Below, piece after piece: positions 24,767 through 41,882 of a stretch of 64,000 bases of DNA. The translations under genes were made by a program, and so were the position numbers. This DNA comes from the human T2T-CHM13v2.0 reference genome, Homo sapiens: NCBI RefSeq assembly GCF_009914755.1, contig NC_060931.1. One strand, given 5' to 3'. The number at the start of each line of letters is the position of its first letter. Position 1 is the first letter of the stretch. The notes beneath the pieces are model-generated. The model worked only from the letters and a program-made list of their open reading frames with translations, was not told the origin of the DNA and searched no databases.

Positions 24767-27700
24767 AAATCACACATAGCTCTGTGCTGCCTTCAGTACG
24801 ATAAATAATTTTTAAATAAATAATATTTATTAGTAATTTCAAGTTAGAATTATAAAAAACAATAAAACTGGCCATGATTCCACCAAAAGGCAATAACTAT
24901 ATTAAAAAATAATATATGCACATAATACAAAAATTCCAAGGTAAGAAAAATTATAAATTATTAGCAAAATCTTATCTCTTTTCTAAATTTGTACTATTTC
25001 TGCCATAAAATGCAACTGTTATTAAAAGTCATATTTGTAATTCTAGAATTTATATTTATCTGGTAACATATGTATTTACTCATAAAGTGATATATATTAT
25101 TTAAATCTACACAAAATTAGTTATACTGTATGCATAGTTTTGTATCTATTTTTTCTACTTAACAATATGACTTAAAGGTTGTCCTATTTCAAACATATAC
25201 TTTCCCATTGTATTAGTTTATCAAAATTTCAGCAGTTTGTGTGTTTTTCAGATTGGCTGTGACAAACGTCTTTTAATGTGTTTCTTGGCTAAATTTCACT
25301 AAATATTCTGCTAGGATAAATGTTGCATCAGCTCAGAATTGTTATTATACAAGATTTTAGGAATAGCTCCATTAGGTAATTAAATGTGCCATTAAGTAAA
25401 TCCTATCATGTTAGTTCTGGCACAAGTTGTCTCCATGCAGTGAATGCACTATTAGTTTAAACACTGTGGGACATCTTACTAGGTATTTTCTATTGGAAAC
25501 AGACATTATTTCCAAATAATTCAAGGAGAAAAACTGCAGAGAGGATTCTGATTGCCTTATTTAATTTTTCAGCCTATTGTTGAGCTGTTCTTGGTGTTCA
25601 AGGTCATGAGATTAGATCTAGGTTCATGCCTGATCTTACCTGGGGTTGGCAGCTGGTGTTGGGCTCTGCTGAGACAGAAGAGAAAAATTCTACTTCCCTC
25701 ACAAGGAAAAAGATGCTATGAAGAAAATATATATGTCTATCACAGCAGTTATATGTTCATTTTTAATAATACACTTAAAAGTTAAGCCTTTAAATCATGT
25801 CCATTAATATCATAAACCCATCTCTTTTTTTAGTTAGAATTTTTCTCATATAGCCATTGAAATTGGGAAATTTCAATGCTATTTCTGTCTTCAAATGTCC
25901 ATAGAGGAAAAGAATGCTCAACTTCACTCACCAGAAAAGGAAAAGAATGAGAACACCTCCTCAAGACAGGATTCACTTATTGCCTTCTGTGGAAGGTGCC
26001 AAGATTTTCTCTATTTTGCATGTGGCAGGCTTACTGGGATCAGCAGTTTAATGTTTTTAAATTTCAATATAGGATGAAGATAATAGAAACCCATTAAGCT
26101 TCAAATTAGGTTTTATTCTTATGTCCAACTTTTATTGATTGTGATATTCATCTTTGATCTCTATTTATCTGATGCCTGGTTCTCATTTCTAAATTTTGAA
26201 TGAACCCTTAAAATCTCAATATTATTTCGTTATTTAGAAACTCCAAGAAATAAGTACAAATATCAGTTTGAGCACTGAAATACTAGATGGAAAATTTGGG
26301 GCTTTGTTTAAGTGATACCTTTAGTTTAAGAAGATTTTTACTGAAATAATTCAATTTCTAGAGTTGGCTATACCAATTTCACTGTATCACAGCCTAGGTT
26401 GCAGTTGCTGAAGGAATTCCAATATTATCCAGGCATCAGAAAGAGATTTATCTGGCTAAGACTTGCATAATAAGAAGTTAACAATATAATTTTTTTGGAT
26501 TTTAATGTCTTTAGACTCACTTTTAGTTGTTATTTTTACAATTACGTTTAAGGGAACAATGATCTCATTTATGGACTTTAAATTTAACTGGAATGTGATA
26601 ATGTGAGGAAATAAATAGTATTTAAATTTAGCATATTTTAATAATGCTGACATTTTACCATTTGGAGTAATTTTTGTACGCATTTGGATTCATCACATAA
26701 CACCCAGAGCCAGCTCAGAACACATGGCTGGATATATTTGCTGTGAGATTTAGATTAGGGTGTGATTACTTTCGTCTGTAATGCATTGAGGCTTTGGGAC
26801 AAAAGCTGAGCTTCCCATCAGTAGTACTGGGAGCATTCGCAATAAAATCCTATGACTAGAGATGAGGAGAACCACTTCATGAAGGTGAAAATCTTACTTT
26901 TATTATATATTGCTACACAGCCTCACCTCTGGTTGACTATAGGATCAATTGTTAAGCCCAATAGGTTAAGAAAGCAAGAAGATAGAGAAAGTTGGGGGAA
27001 TGAATCCCTAAACTCATCTCCAGGGAGGAAAAAAAAAAAGAAACATGAGAGGAACATATTTGCCTTGCCCCCTGTATCAAAACCTCTAGTCCTGACTCTT
27101 ACCCAAAGAGGAGTATTTCCTTAAGAAGGAGCCATCGATTTAACTGGGAAGAGTACAACAGGGAACTGAGCAAGAATATCCAACTCAGCTCTGGCTTTAT
27201 TTCCTGAGGCTGCTGTTCTGAAATTGCCCAGTTCTCTTCTCATCCATGTAGTAAGATCACTGAGGCAGCTTCATTTCCTCTGCTATTTAAACAGCTGTTG
27301 AAACTGCTTTGAATTCAGAGAGGAGGTTATAAGAAGTACAATTGACTGCAAATAAGGATGTGTTTAAAACGTAAAGTTTTAAGACATCCCCAGGGATGTT
27401 TTGTTGCTAGCCCTCGAAATACGCTGAATTAAACCAGGCAATTCAGCAACAAAAGATCTTTCTGGCTTGGGACCAATACAAGCAGTCACCAAGGGGTGGG
27501 AAACAGTGGTCACAAACAAGCTCCCATTCAGTATACTGTTTGATGGGCTGTTTAGGGCCATATACCTGTCTCTTGGTTCTAAAGAGCTTAGATACAGTTT
27601 TTGGGGTTTTGATTTTTTTTTTTAAGTCTTTACATCAACATGAATTTTTCTCCTCCTGTGTTTAATCTAGCAGGTTGGTTAACTTTGACCTTCACCTCTG

Positions 27701-28652
27701 CAATGTGGTCTCAGCAAATCAAAGCTTTGTCTATTTCAACTTACCATAGGTGTCTTCTAAATCATTGTCCCCACACATATTATGCTTCCCAGGTACCAAT
27801 ACTACCAGTGTCTTATATCCTTGAGTCTACTAGAGTTCATGATTTATTACAATTATCATACATATGATTTAAATATTTTGAATAAAATTTGCAGGCTTAA
27901 CATTGGAATTTTTATTACCAAGGCATCCTAGCAAATAATAAAGTTTTCATTTACCACTGGAATTTTTTGAAATATTTCTTCATTTCTCTGTTACTATCTA
28001 TCTCTCTAGCAATATATTTCCCAGAGTATCAGTGCATTTCCTTTAAAATAACAGACTGTACAAATGTAACCCAATATAAATAAGTAAATATTCCAGTGTA
28101 TCCAGAGTAACTCATTGACTTGAATCAGAAAAAAAAATTCACAAATATAGTGTGCCAATTTTAAATAACTACATGGGCAGGAACACAGCTATTTCTTTCT
28201 CTGTAGTATTTGCATTTCTAAACTTATTTTTTCTTGAAAAAGACAGATAAATATTATAACAAAGAAGTCCAACAAAGCAGCAGAAATCACAAGCACATGA
28301 CCAGTTTTCGGCACTGATATAAATTTCCCTTTGTTCTCTTGCCCAGCCTTTCCAAAATCCTGTTAAAGTCAGTATAGGCTCAAAGCTGATCACTTGTCTC
28401 ATTCTTACAAATCATTTCCTTGAAAGAGTAAAAATTATCAGACAGCTGCAGTAGTTTAGCTTACAGGGAAACATAGAATGTCATTTTCAAGGTAAGTATG
28501 CAGCTGTCTTCCTGTCACTTAAGGCTTTTTAAAACAAATCTAATTAAATGTCTACCAACAACAGTTGACAGAATAGTTCTTAGCATACTAATGAAATTTG
28601 TCATAAGGCAACAAAAGCACAATTTTCCTATAGTTTGGTCCTTGCTAGCAAA

Positions 28653-28941
28653 CCTGGCTTATTTCACTTAATCAGTTCCATCCATGTTGCTGAAAATAAC
28701 AAGATTCCATTCTTTTTTTATGACTAAATAAGATTCCATTGTGTGTAGCACATTTTTAATTCATAGATTAATAACTAGAATATATAAAGAACTCAAACAA
28801 TTCTATAGCAAAACAACAAATAACCTGATTTAAAACTGGGAAAAAGATCTAGACAGACATTTCTCAAAAGAAGACATACAAATAGCCCACAGGCACATGA
28901 AAAAATGCTCAGCATCACTAATCATCAGGGAAATGCAAATG
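28653..28941. mobile_element. L1M(A)-type inverted two-part fragment: antisense 3'UTR-proximal piece (28653-28758) joined to sense ORF2 C-terminal piece (28765-28941)
   Basis: cctggcttatttcactta...ccatccatgttgctg (antisense) then aactagaatatataaagaactcaaacaa...ttctcaaaagaagacatacaaat...atcatcagggaaatgcaaat (sense). Confidence 0.85.
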
Positions 28942-31929
28942 CTTAGATAGATCAGTGATATCTTATTTAAAACAAATCTGAAGTTCTACGTGACAAAAAT
29001 TAAGATTTCCAAGAAATCATGTCTCTCTTATCATATCTGGTTTTTGATATTGGCATCACATTTGGGTAAAGAGTTAACTATAAGTATATACATTACTCCA
29101 GAATATTTTTAAAAATGTGGTTCAATTACTTAAAAATAGCTTAGCGAGAATGCCAAAAGCATTCCATTTATAGTTTTCTTTAAAACCCATGAAATTTTTT
29201 TAAATAATGTATGTATGCATTAAATATACAAGAAAAATAATGGAAAAGAAAAATAATCAAAAATATACTTCATAATAGTCTATGTACGCATTTAAAAATT
29301 CTGTCAGAAATACAATTATCAGGGTCCTATTTCTTGTCTTATGCTTAATAGCTTTTTTTTTTTTAACATATTTTGAAGTATAATAAATTAATGGCTGGAG
29401 ATTTTCACTTGGGCATCTCCTTCTGGTTCTATAAATATGAATGGTTTTCTGCAAAAGTTAACCAAATTCAGTGAAAATCCCAGTTCACCAAAATTAGCCA
29501 AAATTAATATGATTTAAATTTATCTTCTGAATATTTCAAAAATTAAGCTCATACAAATGCATACTAGCTATTTTGCTTTTTTTAAGAAGAAAAACTCACA
29601 AAATTAAACTGTAATAGAGCTTGAATTCTCACCTGTGTGATAAAAGTTAGGAATCATAAGTCATGGTGGTCACCCAGCAATTGAGGTTTTGATTATATGA
29701 ATTGCAAATTTTTCTTCTTTTGTATTTCTTTCATTACTTAGTATGCTCCCAGAAAACTCATTATTGCTCAATTAACATTTTTTTGGTTTACGGATTAATT
29801 TACAAAAATAAAATGACAAGTGTTCCGGTGTCTATGTCATTTGATCTCAGTAATTAATCCTCAAGGTTTATCAGCACAAAATTATTTTCTATTTTAAAGC
29901 CAGTCATACTAATTAGTTTCTAGTATGTAGATAACAATAAGTATGTTTATCAAAATTTAATTTTCTCTTATTGGTCCCAAGTAAGTAAAATATATGACTT
30001 TGTATAATTTTCTTTGCAAGCCCTAAATTTAAATTCAAAACCTTAAATCTATGATATGGTGTTATTTCAGCCGAATTACCATTTCTAATGAAATTAATGC
30101 ATAATCAATATGTAGCTAGTTTCTATTTCCTTTGCATAAATTTAGTTGCTATTTAATACTATTCAATATACTCATGTATGAATGCTTATTTCAAAAATGT
30201 GAAAGTATAATTCCTGTTATATGTGGTTTATTTTAGATATTAAAAATATAAAAGGTTAGTTTGGAAACTTTCCTCTGATTCAGCAGTTATGTTTAATTCT
30301 TCAATGCTCTTCTTTTTTTATTTTGCAAAAAAGGTCTAGGTCATCTAAATTTTCATCTTACAAATTTGATTTTTACATTTAACAGATCCAGTGATTAATC
30401 AATATGTCTATGAGTGGCTAAATTTTATTGCACCATTCTGAAGAATACAAAATTTGTCACTCCTCCGAGAGACACTTAATATTTGACCTGGTTCACATGA
30501 GAGAATTCTAAATGGATAAAGAAATCCCTGAGGAAGGCTGCAGAAGGCTGTGGATGTCTTCTCTGGAACATGTAGTTTTATGTAACAACATACCACAGTA
30601 ATGGACCTTCTTCTATAATTCATAGAAAGCCATTAAATGATTTAATATCCTTTTGGTTTTATCTATAGCGCTGTGAACTACTTCAGTAATCAACGTGCTA
30701 CCTATTCAGGCATTATCATTCATTCAGTGCGCTTTACCTTATTTCCTCTCACCTCACTTCCATGCCTATTTATCTTCAGAACATGCAGCCCTTTCTGTAC
30801 CTTCAACCCATTGGTCTTCATTAGTTCATTTCTTTTTCAGCCATGACCAATTGCCACTTTAACTTTCTAAGTCTTCAAAGAGTGCTGTACTTTGACTTTC
30901 TGTGTTATGAACTTTGTTTTCCTGCCCCTTCTTTTGATAGCTTAAATATATCATTTCATTCCTTGCTGTCAACTCTAGCTTCTTGATCACTGTTTCTAAA
31001 ACCCCATGTTCTTTGAGGTATCCAAACACAAACTTTTTCATAACTAAATAATATGTATTTTAATAATTTTTAAAACTAGCATACTGATTCAAAACTTTAA
31101 AGTGTTGCTAGAAATGAAAATAAACAGCATATTTTTTTCCCATTTAACTTCTGAGCATATATATTTTCATGCATTTTTGGTTAAAAAACCCCTCCATTTC
31201 TGCATAGTTTATTTTTCGTATCTTTGTTTTATTTTAGGTTTTGTGTATTTTTGATAGAAAAGTTTTTATAAGACAGATTTTCCAATCAATTTTGTAATTC
31301 TATTCTAAATAGTGTGATGTGGCAGCTGTTCACAAGCAAACGTCTCATATTTTCTAAGCAAATATCAGTTTGTATTGTTTGTCTCTTAAACTTGAAGAGA
31401 AAAATCTCATAATAATGACTGTATATTTTTCATTCTAACTTTAAGGAAAATGCAGTTTCTGGAATGTGATTCCATTATCAAAATCTAAGAGACAAAAAAA
31501 TTACACAACCAAAAAGATTTACTTATATTTAGTATATAAATACATTAATCAATTTAAAAACTACGATGATGATATTTCAGATAAACAAAATTTTTACATG
31601 GTAGAATCAACAATCTTTAAAACAGATGCAAATAATTAAATTTATGTTTGAAAATATACACATTTACTTGGGGGTGATGCTTATGGTATTAGAGAAGAAA
31701 GAAAGTAGAATATTAACAGGTTTTATGAAAATATTGTAAATTCTAAATTTGTTGTAGTACCAAAGTGGCACTTAATAATTTATTGATCTACTTTCTTCAT
31801 TTTGTGTAAGTTATAAAGAATATAATTTTAATTGACATTGTGTCAAAACTGACAGAACCTACAAAATTCAAGATGGAGATAAAACTGATTTCACAAAAAT
31901 TGAAATATTATCTCATGTTTTCTATTCCA

Positions 31930-32300
31930 GTCATATAGATTTATAGCATAAAACCAGAGACCCTAATAATTACAAAGAATCCTTAAGAAAACCTATCCAA
32001 ACAATGTAATAAACCCATCTACTTCATCTCAGATAGGTGGACCTCCAGCTGCTTCTTAGTTGACTGGTAAGGCACTCACTAACTCATAGAATAAGCTATT
32101 CTGTTATTGTTGGGACGTTTTCCTTATACAGAAATAAAATCTCTCTTTTTGCAATTGCTACTTACTGGTTTTAGTTTATTAATTTGGAGCTGAGTAGTGA
32201 GTGTCCAATTTCCCTAAGTTGCCATCCAATTATTTTAAGGCAAGTAAATCCTCAAATCTCTTTTCTAAACTAACTTATAATCCTAAATTATTTTACATAA
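31930..32300 (-). mobile_element. L3/CR1 LINE 3' fragment
   Basis: gcactcactaactc...ttttccttatacagaaataaaatctctc...gcaattgctacttactggttttagtt resembles the antisense CR1/L3 3' end. Confidence 0.55.
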
Positions 32301-32359
32301 TCATAAAGTACTTCAATCAAATGTTCATTTGATGAATTAAAAGGCCTCTATTTTCCAAA

Positions 32360-35097
<2,738 letters not shown>

Positions 35098-35100
35098 CTA

Positions 35101-35370
<270 letters not shown>

Positions 35371-35507
35371 CTACATATGGCTAGCCAGTTTTCCCAGCAC
35401 CATTTATTAAATAGGGAATCCTTTCCCCATTGCTTGTTTTTCTCAGGTTTGTCAAAGATCAGATGGTTGTAGGTATGCGGCATTATTTCTGAGGGCTCTG
35501 TTCTGTT

Positions 35508-36452
<945 letters not shown>

Positions 36453-37022
36453 TCAGAGAAATGCAAATCAAAACCACAATGAGATATCATCTCACACCAG
36501 TTAGAATGGCGATCATTAAAAAGTCAGGAAACAACAGGTGCTGGAGAGGATGTGGAGAAATAAGAACACTTTTACACTGTTGGTGGGACTGTAAACTAGT
36601 TCAACCATTATGGAAGTCAGTGTGGTGATTCCTCAGGGATCTAGAACTAGAAATACCATTTGACCCAGCCATCCTATTACTGGGTATATACACAAAGGAT
36701 TATAAATCATGCTGCTATAAAGACACATGCACATGTATGTTTATTGCAGCACTATTCACAATAGCAAAGACTTGGAACCAACACAAATGTCCAACAACGA
36801 TAGACTGGATTAAGAAAATCTGGCACATATACACCATGGAATACTATGCAGCCATAAAAAATGATGAGTTCATGACCTTTGTAGGGACACGGATGAAACT
36901 GGAAACCATCATTCTCAGCAAACTATCGCAAGGACAAAAAACCAAACATCACATGTTCTCACTCATAGGTGGGAATTGAACAATGAGAACACATGGACAC
37001 AGGAAGGGGAACATCACACTCT

Positions 37023-37057
37023 GGGGACTGTTGTGGGGTGGGGGGGAGCGGGGAGGG
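37023..37057 (+). other. G-rich tract of the L1PA 3'UTR, potential G-quadruplex
   Basis: ggggactgttgtggggtgggggggagcgggggaggg has at least 4 G-runs. Confidence 0.7.
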
Positions 37058-37357
37058 ATAGCATTAGGAGATATACCTAATGTTAAATGATGAGTTAATG
37101 GGTGCAGCACACCAACATGGCACATGTATACATATGTAACAAACCTGCACATTGTGCACATGTACCCTAAAACTTAAAGTATAATAATAATAAAATTAAA
37201 AAAAATTGAATAGTTTTTTAACATGTATTTTGAACAGCATTTAAAATTAATATCTGTGGGAAAGTAAGTCAGTACAGATTCCTGAAATTTCCAGAATCTG
37301 AGACCTTCTTTGAGGAATCCCTGTTGAATAATATTATGTGATATTTCTCATTACAAA

Positions 37358-37912
37358 TGTATATTTGTGATGCATAACAAATTCCTCCAAAATGTAGCTG
37401 CTTAAAACAACAAGGATTTATTATCTCACAGTTTCTGAGGGTCGGAAATTCAGGTGCAACTTAATTTGTGTCCTCTGCCTCAGGATCTCCCACAAAGCTG
37501 CAATCAAGGTGTAGACCAGGTGCAGTCATCTCAAGGCTTGACTGGGAGAAATCAATCTGAGTTCACTCATGTGGATATTGGATGGTCTTACAAGAGCTAC
37601 TCCTGTGCTCGCTCACAGGGATGCCGACAATCTGAAGTCCTCAGTGTATTTGGTTGGAGGTATCAGTGCCTTGCCACATAGTCTCTTAAGTAAGTTTACT
37701 CAAAACAAGGCAGCTATCTTCCTCCAGATTGAAGCCTCCAGGGGATAGTGAGCCAGATGGAATCCAGTCTTTCTGTAATCTAATCTCCAAATCAACACCT
37801 TGCTATTTTTACTGTATTTTATTTGTTAGAAGAGAGTGTCACTAGGTCTAGCCCATATTGAAGGAGCGAGGACTACACAATGACATGAATCATCAGAAGT
37901 CATCTTAGGACA
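37358..37912 (-). mobile_element. MaLR LTR, MLT1E/F-like
   Basis: gcataacaaattcctccaaaatgtagctgcttaaaacaac...tctcacagtttctgagggtcggaaattcagg...aagctgcaatcaaggt...gtcatctcaaggcttgactgg. Confidence 0.85.
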
Positions 37913-38007
37913 GACCCCCAGGTGAGAGATATATACACACATCATGCAGTATTCTTTCAAGGAGTCCCTGTGGGGAGGGAGAGTGTATGTATTTTATAAA
38001 TATAATA

Positions 38008-38083
38008 TGTAATATATATGTGATATATAATATATATGTGATATATAATATATATGTGATATATAATACATATATATGTGATA
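38008..38083. repeat. AT-rich minisatellite, 18-bp unit taatatatatgtgatata, about 4 copies
   Basis: directly visible; produces the YVIYNI repeat in the spurious ORF 37987-38253. Confidence 0.9.
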
Positions 38084-38989
38084 CGCACACACAAACATAT
38101 ATAACATTAGGCTGGAGTTCATACAGGAGGAGCATCCATTGTATGACCTTCCTGCAATTACTAGAACCTAAAACCCTTTTGAGGCATTTTCTGTTGAATA
38201 CAATCATATTTCCCATTACTTATGATTACTATTTATTTTCTTTAATGGCATAAAATACATGATTACTATTTCCCCTAAAACTTCTGTGTTAGTGGGCTGT
38301 GATATAGTTATCCCATTGGTGCCTCTGTCGAGACCAGTTTGCAGAGTCATAGAAAAAATTATATATTGATAATACCTCTTTTGACTTTATATATGCCTTA
38401 ATAGCTAAAGTCAATAAACTCATTAGACTGTATTAATGTATTTTTTTTTTACAAATTTGCTTATTTTATTGTTCTTTCATTTTTTTCTTCAGGGAGCAAT
38501 CATGCTCTAATGGTGATATATAATTTGTCTAGTGAAGAAATGAATAAAGAGTGGAAAAATTAATGACCTTATTAAACTAAAAGTCTTTTTGTAGGACAGC
38601 CAACTGCAGCTAGGCTAACATGTATAGTATTTCTGTGTGTTTGTGTATAATTTAATAGGCTTTAACCATTAGCTGTATGTCTTACATACATACATGTAAT
38701 TTTTATAACTTTACTAACTTTATATTTAGTACTCCAGGTTACTTCTACTTCAGTTCAATAACTATTCATGCTAATGTTTGATGGGTAACAAATCTGATAA
38801 TTTACTGGATATTTCACAAAAATTGGTTCAGGAACAGGATTAATAAGTGGTTATACATATATATTTATAGTTTATTTCTAGTACATAAAAACAAGTATAT
38901 TTTTTTGAAGCACAATGGATTGGATGAATGGCTTGTAATTGAAGTCACATTGAAGGGATCACCAATTCTGTGAATCTCCATAGATATAA

Positions 38990-39165
38990 AGTTATCTGTG
39001 ATTATTGACATTAGAAAAGCTGATTACTCAAGATGTGCTTTAGTTTCTGCCTCTGTAAATTAAGGCTAATAACACTTCTTTCCTACCATCACTAATGGGT
39101 ATTGAGAATTAATGAGTTAACATTTGCTGAGTTTTTTTGAACTCCTCAAAGGTATTATTAACATT
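38990..39165 (+). mobile_element. MIR SINE fragment
   Basis: tgtgctttagtttctgcctctgtaaattaaggctaataacac...tgagaattaatgagttaacattt. Confidence 0.7.
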
Positions 39166-40059
39166 TTAAACTTAGTCTCAAACTGCTTCACACATTCTTA
39201 GAAACAATTTCCCTAATTTGCTATAATAAAAAATAGCAACATTAGTTTTTTTGGGGAGAATATTTTCTGTAGCTTAGTTTTAATTACTGCAAGACAGCTT
39301 AGATTTGAAAAAAAAAACAAAGTTGATAGTATACATGTGAGAGTTTTTTTAATATTTGATACCATTACTTTTCATTTTGACAGAGTGTTAATTTATAACA
39401 TATAGTCCCTAAAATTCCTCACCTACTGGTGGACTGAGCTGTTGTAGAATGTTGTTGTTGTTGTGTGTGTAGGCTCTTATACAGAGTTATTTTTAAAAGC
39501 CAGTGCTTACCCAGAATATCTCGGGCTTCCCACCAGTACTGCATCGAACTTGGAAACACTCTTGAATCTTCTCTTCTGTTTCTTTGGCTTGTTGCTACCA
39601 CGGCTGTCTATTCAGTCCCTTGGTCTCATTGCCCAAGATGTAGTCTGAATAAAGGAGGGAAACTCTAGTGTCCTCAGAGACAGAGGTGAAAGATGGAGGG
39701 AGGAAAAAGGGCAGGTTGGGAAGTTGGATATAAAAGTAAATACACATGACTTTGCTCACTTTACTTTGCTCCGGAGGCTCTCATGTCTGGTCATTTTTTT
39801 TTAGATGTCTCTGGTCTGATTCTATTTTTTATACTACCTAGTGATCATGTTTCTCATCCCAAATCTCCCCTGTGGCTCTAGTTTCTGACATGAAAGTTAC
39901 AAAATCAGGAGGAGTCTGAATCTAGACATTTCTTTGATGTATTGTTATGTTTTATCTAAATCTCGTATGTAGGGAGGAATAAGGTCTTAGTATCTGTGTG
40001 AAGGGCATGTGAATGGGATTTGGGCAGAAGCTAGCCATCTTTCGTGTTACATCTGACTT

Positions 40060-40240
40060 AATTTATTGCTTTATTGTAGAGCACTTTATTGCAGATTGTC
40101 TCTATATTTGTTTAATATCCAATTTGAGATTCAAACATAAGCTCCGTGAGACCTGAATCCATATTTTATTTCCTAATGAGTCGTTTGAAACTAGCTGAGG
40201 GCCTAGTAAATAATAGTTATCCAAGCATGTTTTCATGACT
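40060..40240 (+). mobile_element. L2 3' end fragment
   Basis: taagctccgtgagacc...ctagctgagggcctagtaaataatag. Confidence 0.45.
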
Positions 40241-41496
40241 GGAGGAACATTTTACAAAATAACCACTTCTTTTTCAGTCAGTTTTCCCACCTCCCACTCC
40301 CCACTTTTCCACATCTATCTACATGCATACATATTGATACCACACCTACCACTCGCTAAAGAGTGTATCCCTCTCTCTCCCTTCTCCTTGCCTCTGACTC
40401 AGGCATAGGGGGAAATCATCATTTGCCCTAAGCTATGTGTAGCGAGTGGCATAGAAGCCTAAAATAAGGAGAACAGAAGAGCAGGGACCTAATGGGCAGC
40501 AATGGAACTTTACGGATGTGAGGAATCATGAGTTTTCTTACTTTTTCTCCATTTTCCTAGGGTAATTTATTTGTGTATTATTAATATTGTACTGAAAAAC
40601 AATTCTCTGCTTACTTCCTATTCCTAAACTGAGTCCTGGGAATGTCATGTTAGTTCTTCCTCGACATGTTGCCACTTTTGCTTTTGTCTTGGAATTCTCA
40701 CTACCATGACATACCATAGAACAGAAGTGCATTATAGCTTTTGTCAACAAAGTAAATGAAACACATAGCATACCATAATCCCTTAAGCATATTTATATGT
40801 AAGACTCTTAATACAAATGAGAAAAAGGAATCTTAAAAAGGGTCAGTCCATGCATTCACAAAAAAAAATGTTAATAGTCATCGACTTTTCAGAGATAAAA
40901 TAGAGGATTTTGTGGGAGGGTAAGGTGATTGGGGAAATAATGCAACGCCAATTTGAAAAGGAGGAAAGACACTTAAGGTTGGTGTCTGGATCTCTCAGTA
41001 TTTCCCAGCTCAAGTTTTACACCATGGCTGGCCAATAAAAGGGGTGCCAATTAACCAGAGGAATGCTGAAATCAGTGCTACTGTCTTAGAAGTCCTAATC
41101 AGCCACAAGATGTGGAGTCATCCCCTTTAATATTTAAACCACAGCAGTGTATCACAAAGCTGCACTTCTAGAACTAATAACTAGCTACATGTATAACCTG
41201 CTGTCTTCGTTTTATTAATCTCATAAGATACAACTACACATCTTATATGACTTTTGGACATCAGTTATTTTGTTAGAGCTAGTTTTTATTACAACTACAA
41301 GTGTGATAATAGTAACAAAAGGAATATATCAATATAGTATTGAAGTGTATTTCATGGGGCCTAACATTGGTTGAGTTAGTATTTCACCTGGTCAGTTCTA
41401 TTTTGAGTTGAGTTAAATTTACGATGTCACTTAGGAAGGCAATCGTTTCATGCAGTATTTTTTAAAAGAAAATATATTGTGAATGCAAAACCATTG

Positions 41497-41882
41497 ATGA
41501 AATGTGGTACATATACACCACGGAATACTATGCAGTGATAAAAAAGAAAGAAATCACGTCCTTTGTAGGTACACAGATGGAGCTGGAGGTCGTTATCCTT
41601 AACAAACTAATGCAGGAAGAGAAAACTAAATACTGCATGTTCTCAGTTATAGGTGCAAGATAAATGACAACAACACATGGACTCATGGAATGGAACACAC
41701 AGTGGGGCCTCAGTGGGTGGAGAGTGGGAGGAGAGAGCGAATCAGGAAAAACAACTAATGGGTACTAAGCTTAATACCTGGGTGATGAAATGATCTGTAC
41801 AACAAACTCCCATGACAAAATTTTGCCTGTGTAACAAACCTGCACATACACCCCTAAACTTAAAATAAATGTTAAATAAAAG
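41497..41882 (+). mobile_element. L1PA11-13-like 3' end, short 5'-truncated copy
   Basis: aatgtggtacatatacaccacggaatactatgcag ... aactaatgggtactaagcttaatacctgggtgatgaaat...cccctaaacttaaaataaatgttaaa. Confidence 0.92.

Noticed and set aside
28467-28491. 25-nt plus-strand micro-exon (ttacag|...caag|gtaagt)
   Set aside because: The donor is strong but the acceptor lacks a polypyrimidine tract, so only the donor is kept as a remark.
37905-38253. ORFs with repeated YITYIL / YVIYNI motifs suggesting a repeat protein
   Set aside because: Artefact of the 18-bp AT-rich minisatellite.
39419-39440. CTCF-like site ccaccagtaggtga on the minus strand
   Set aside because: Mismatches in the core G-rich positions; too weak to call by eye.
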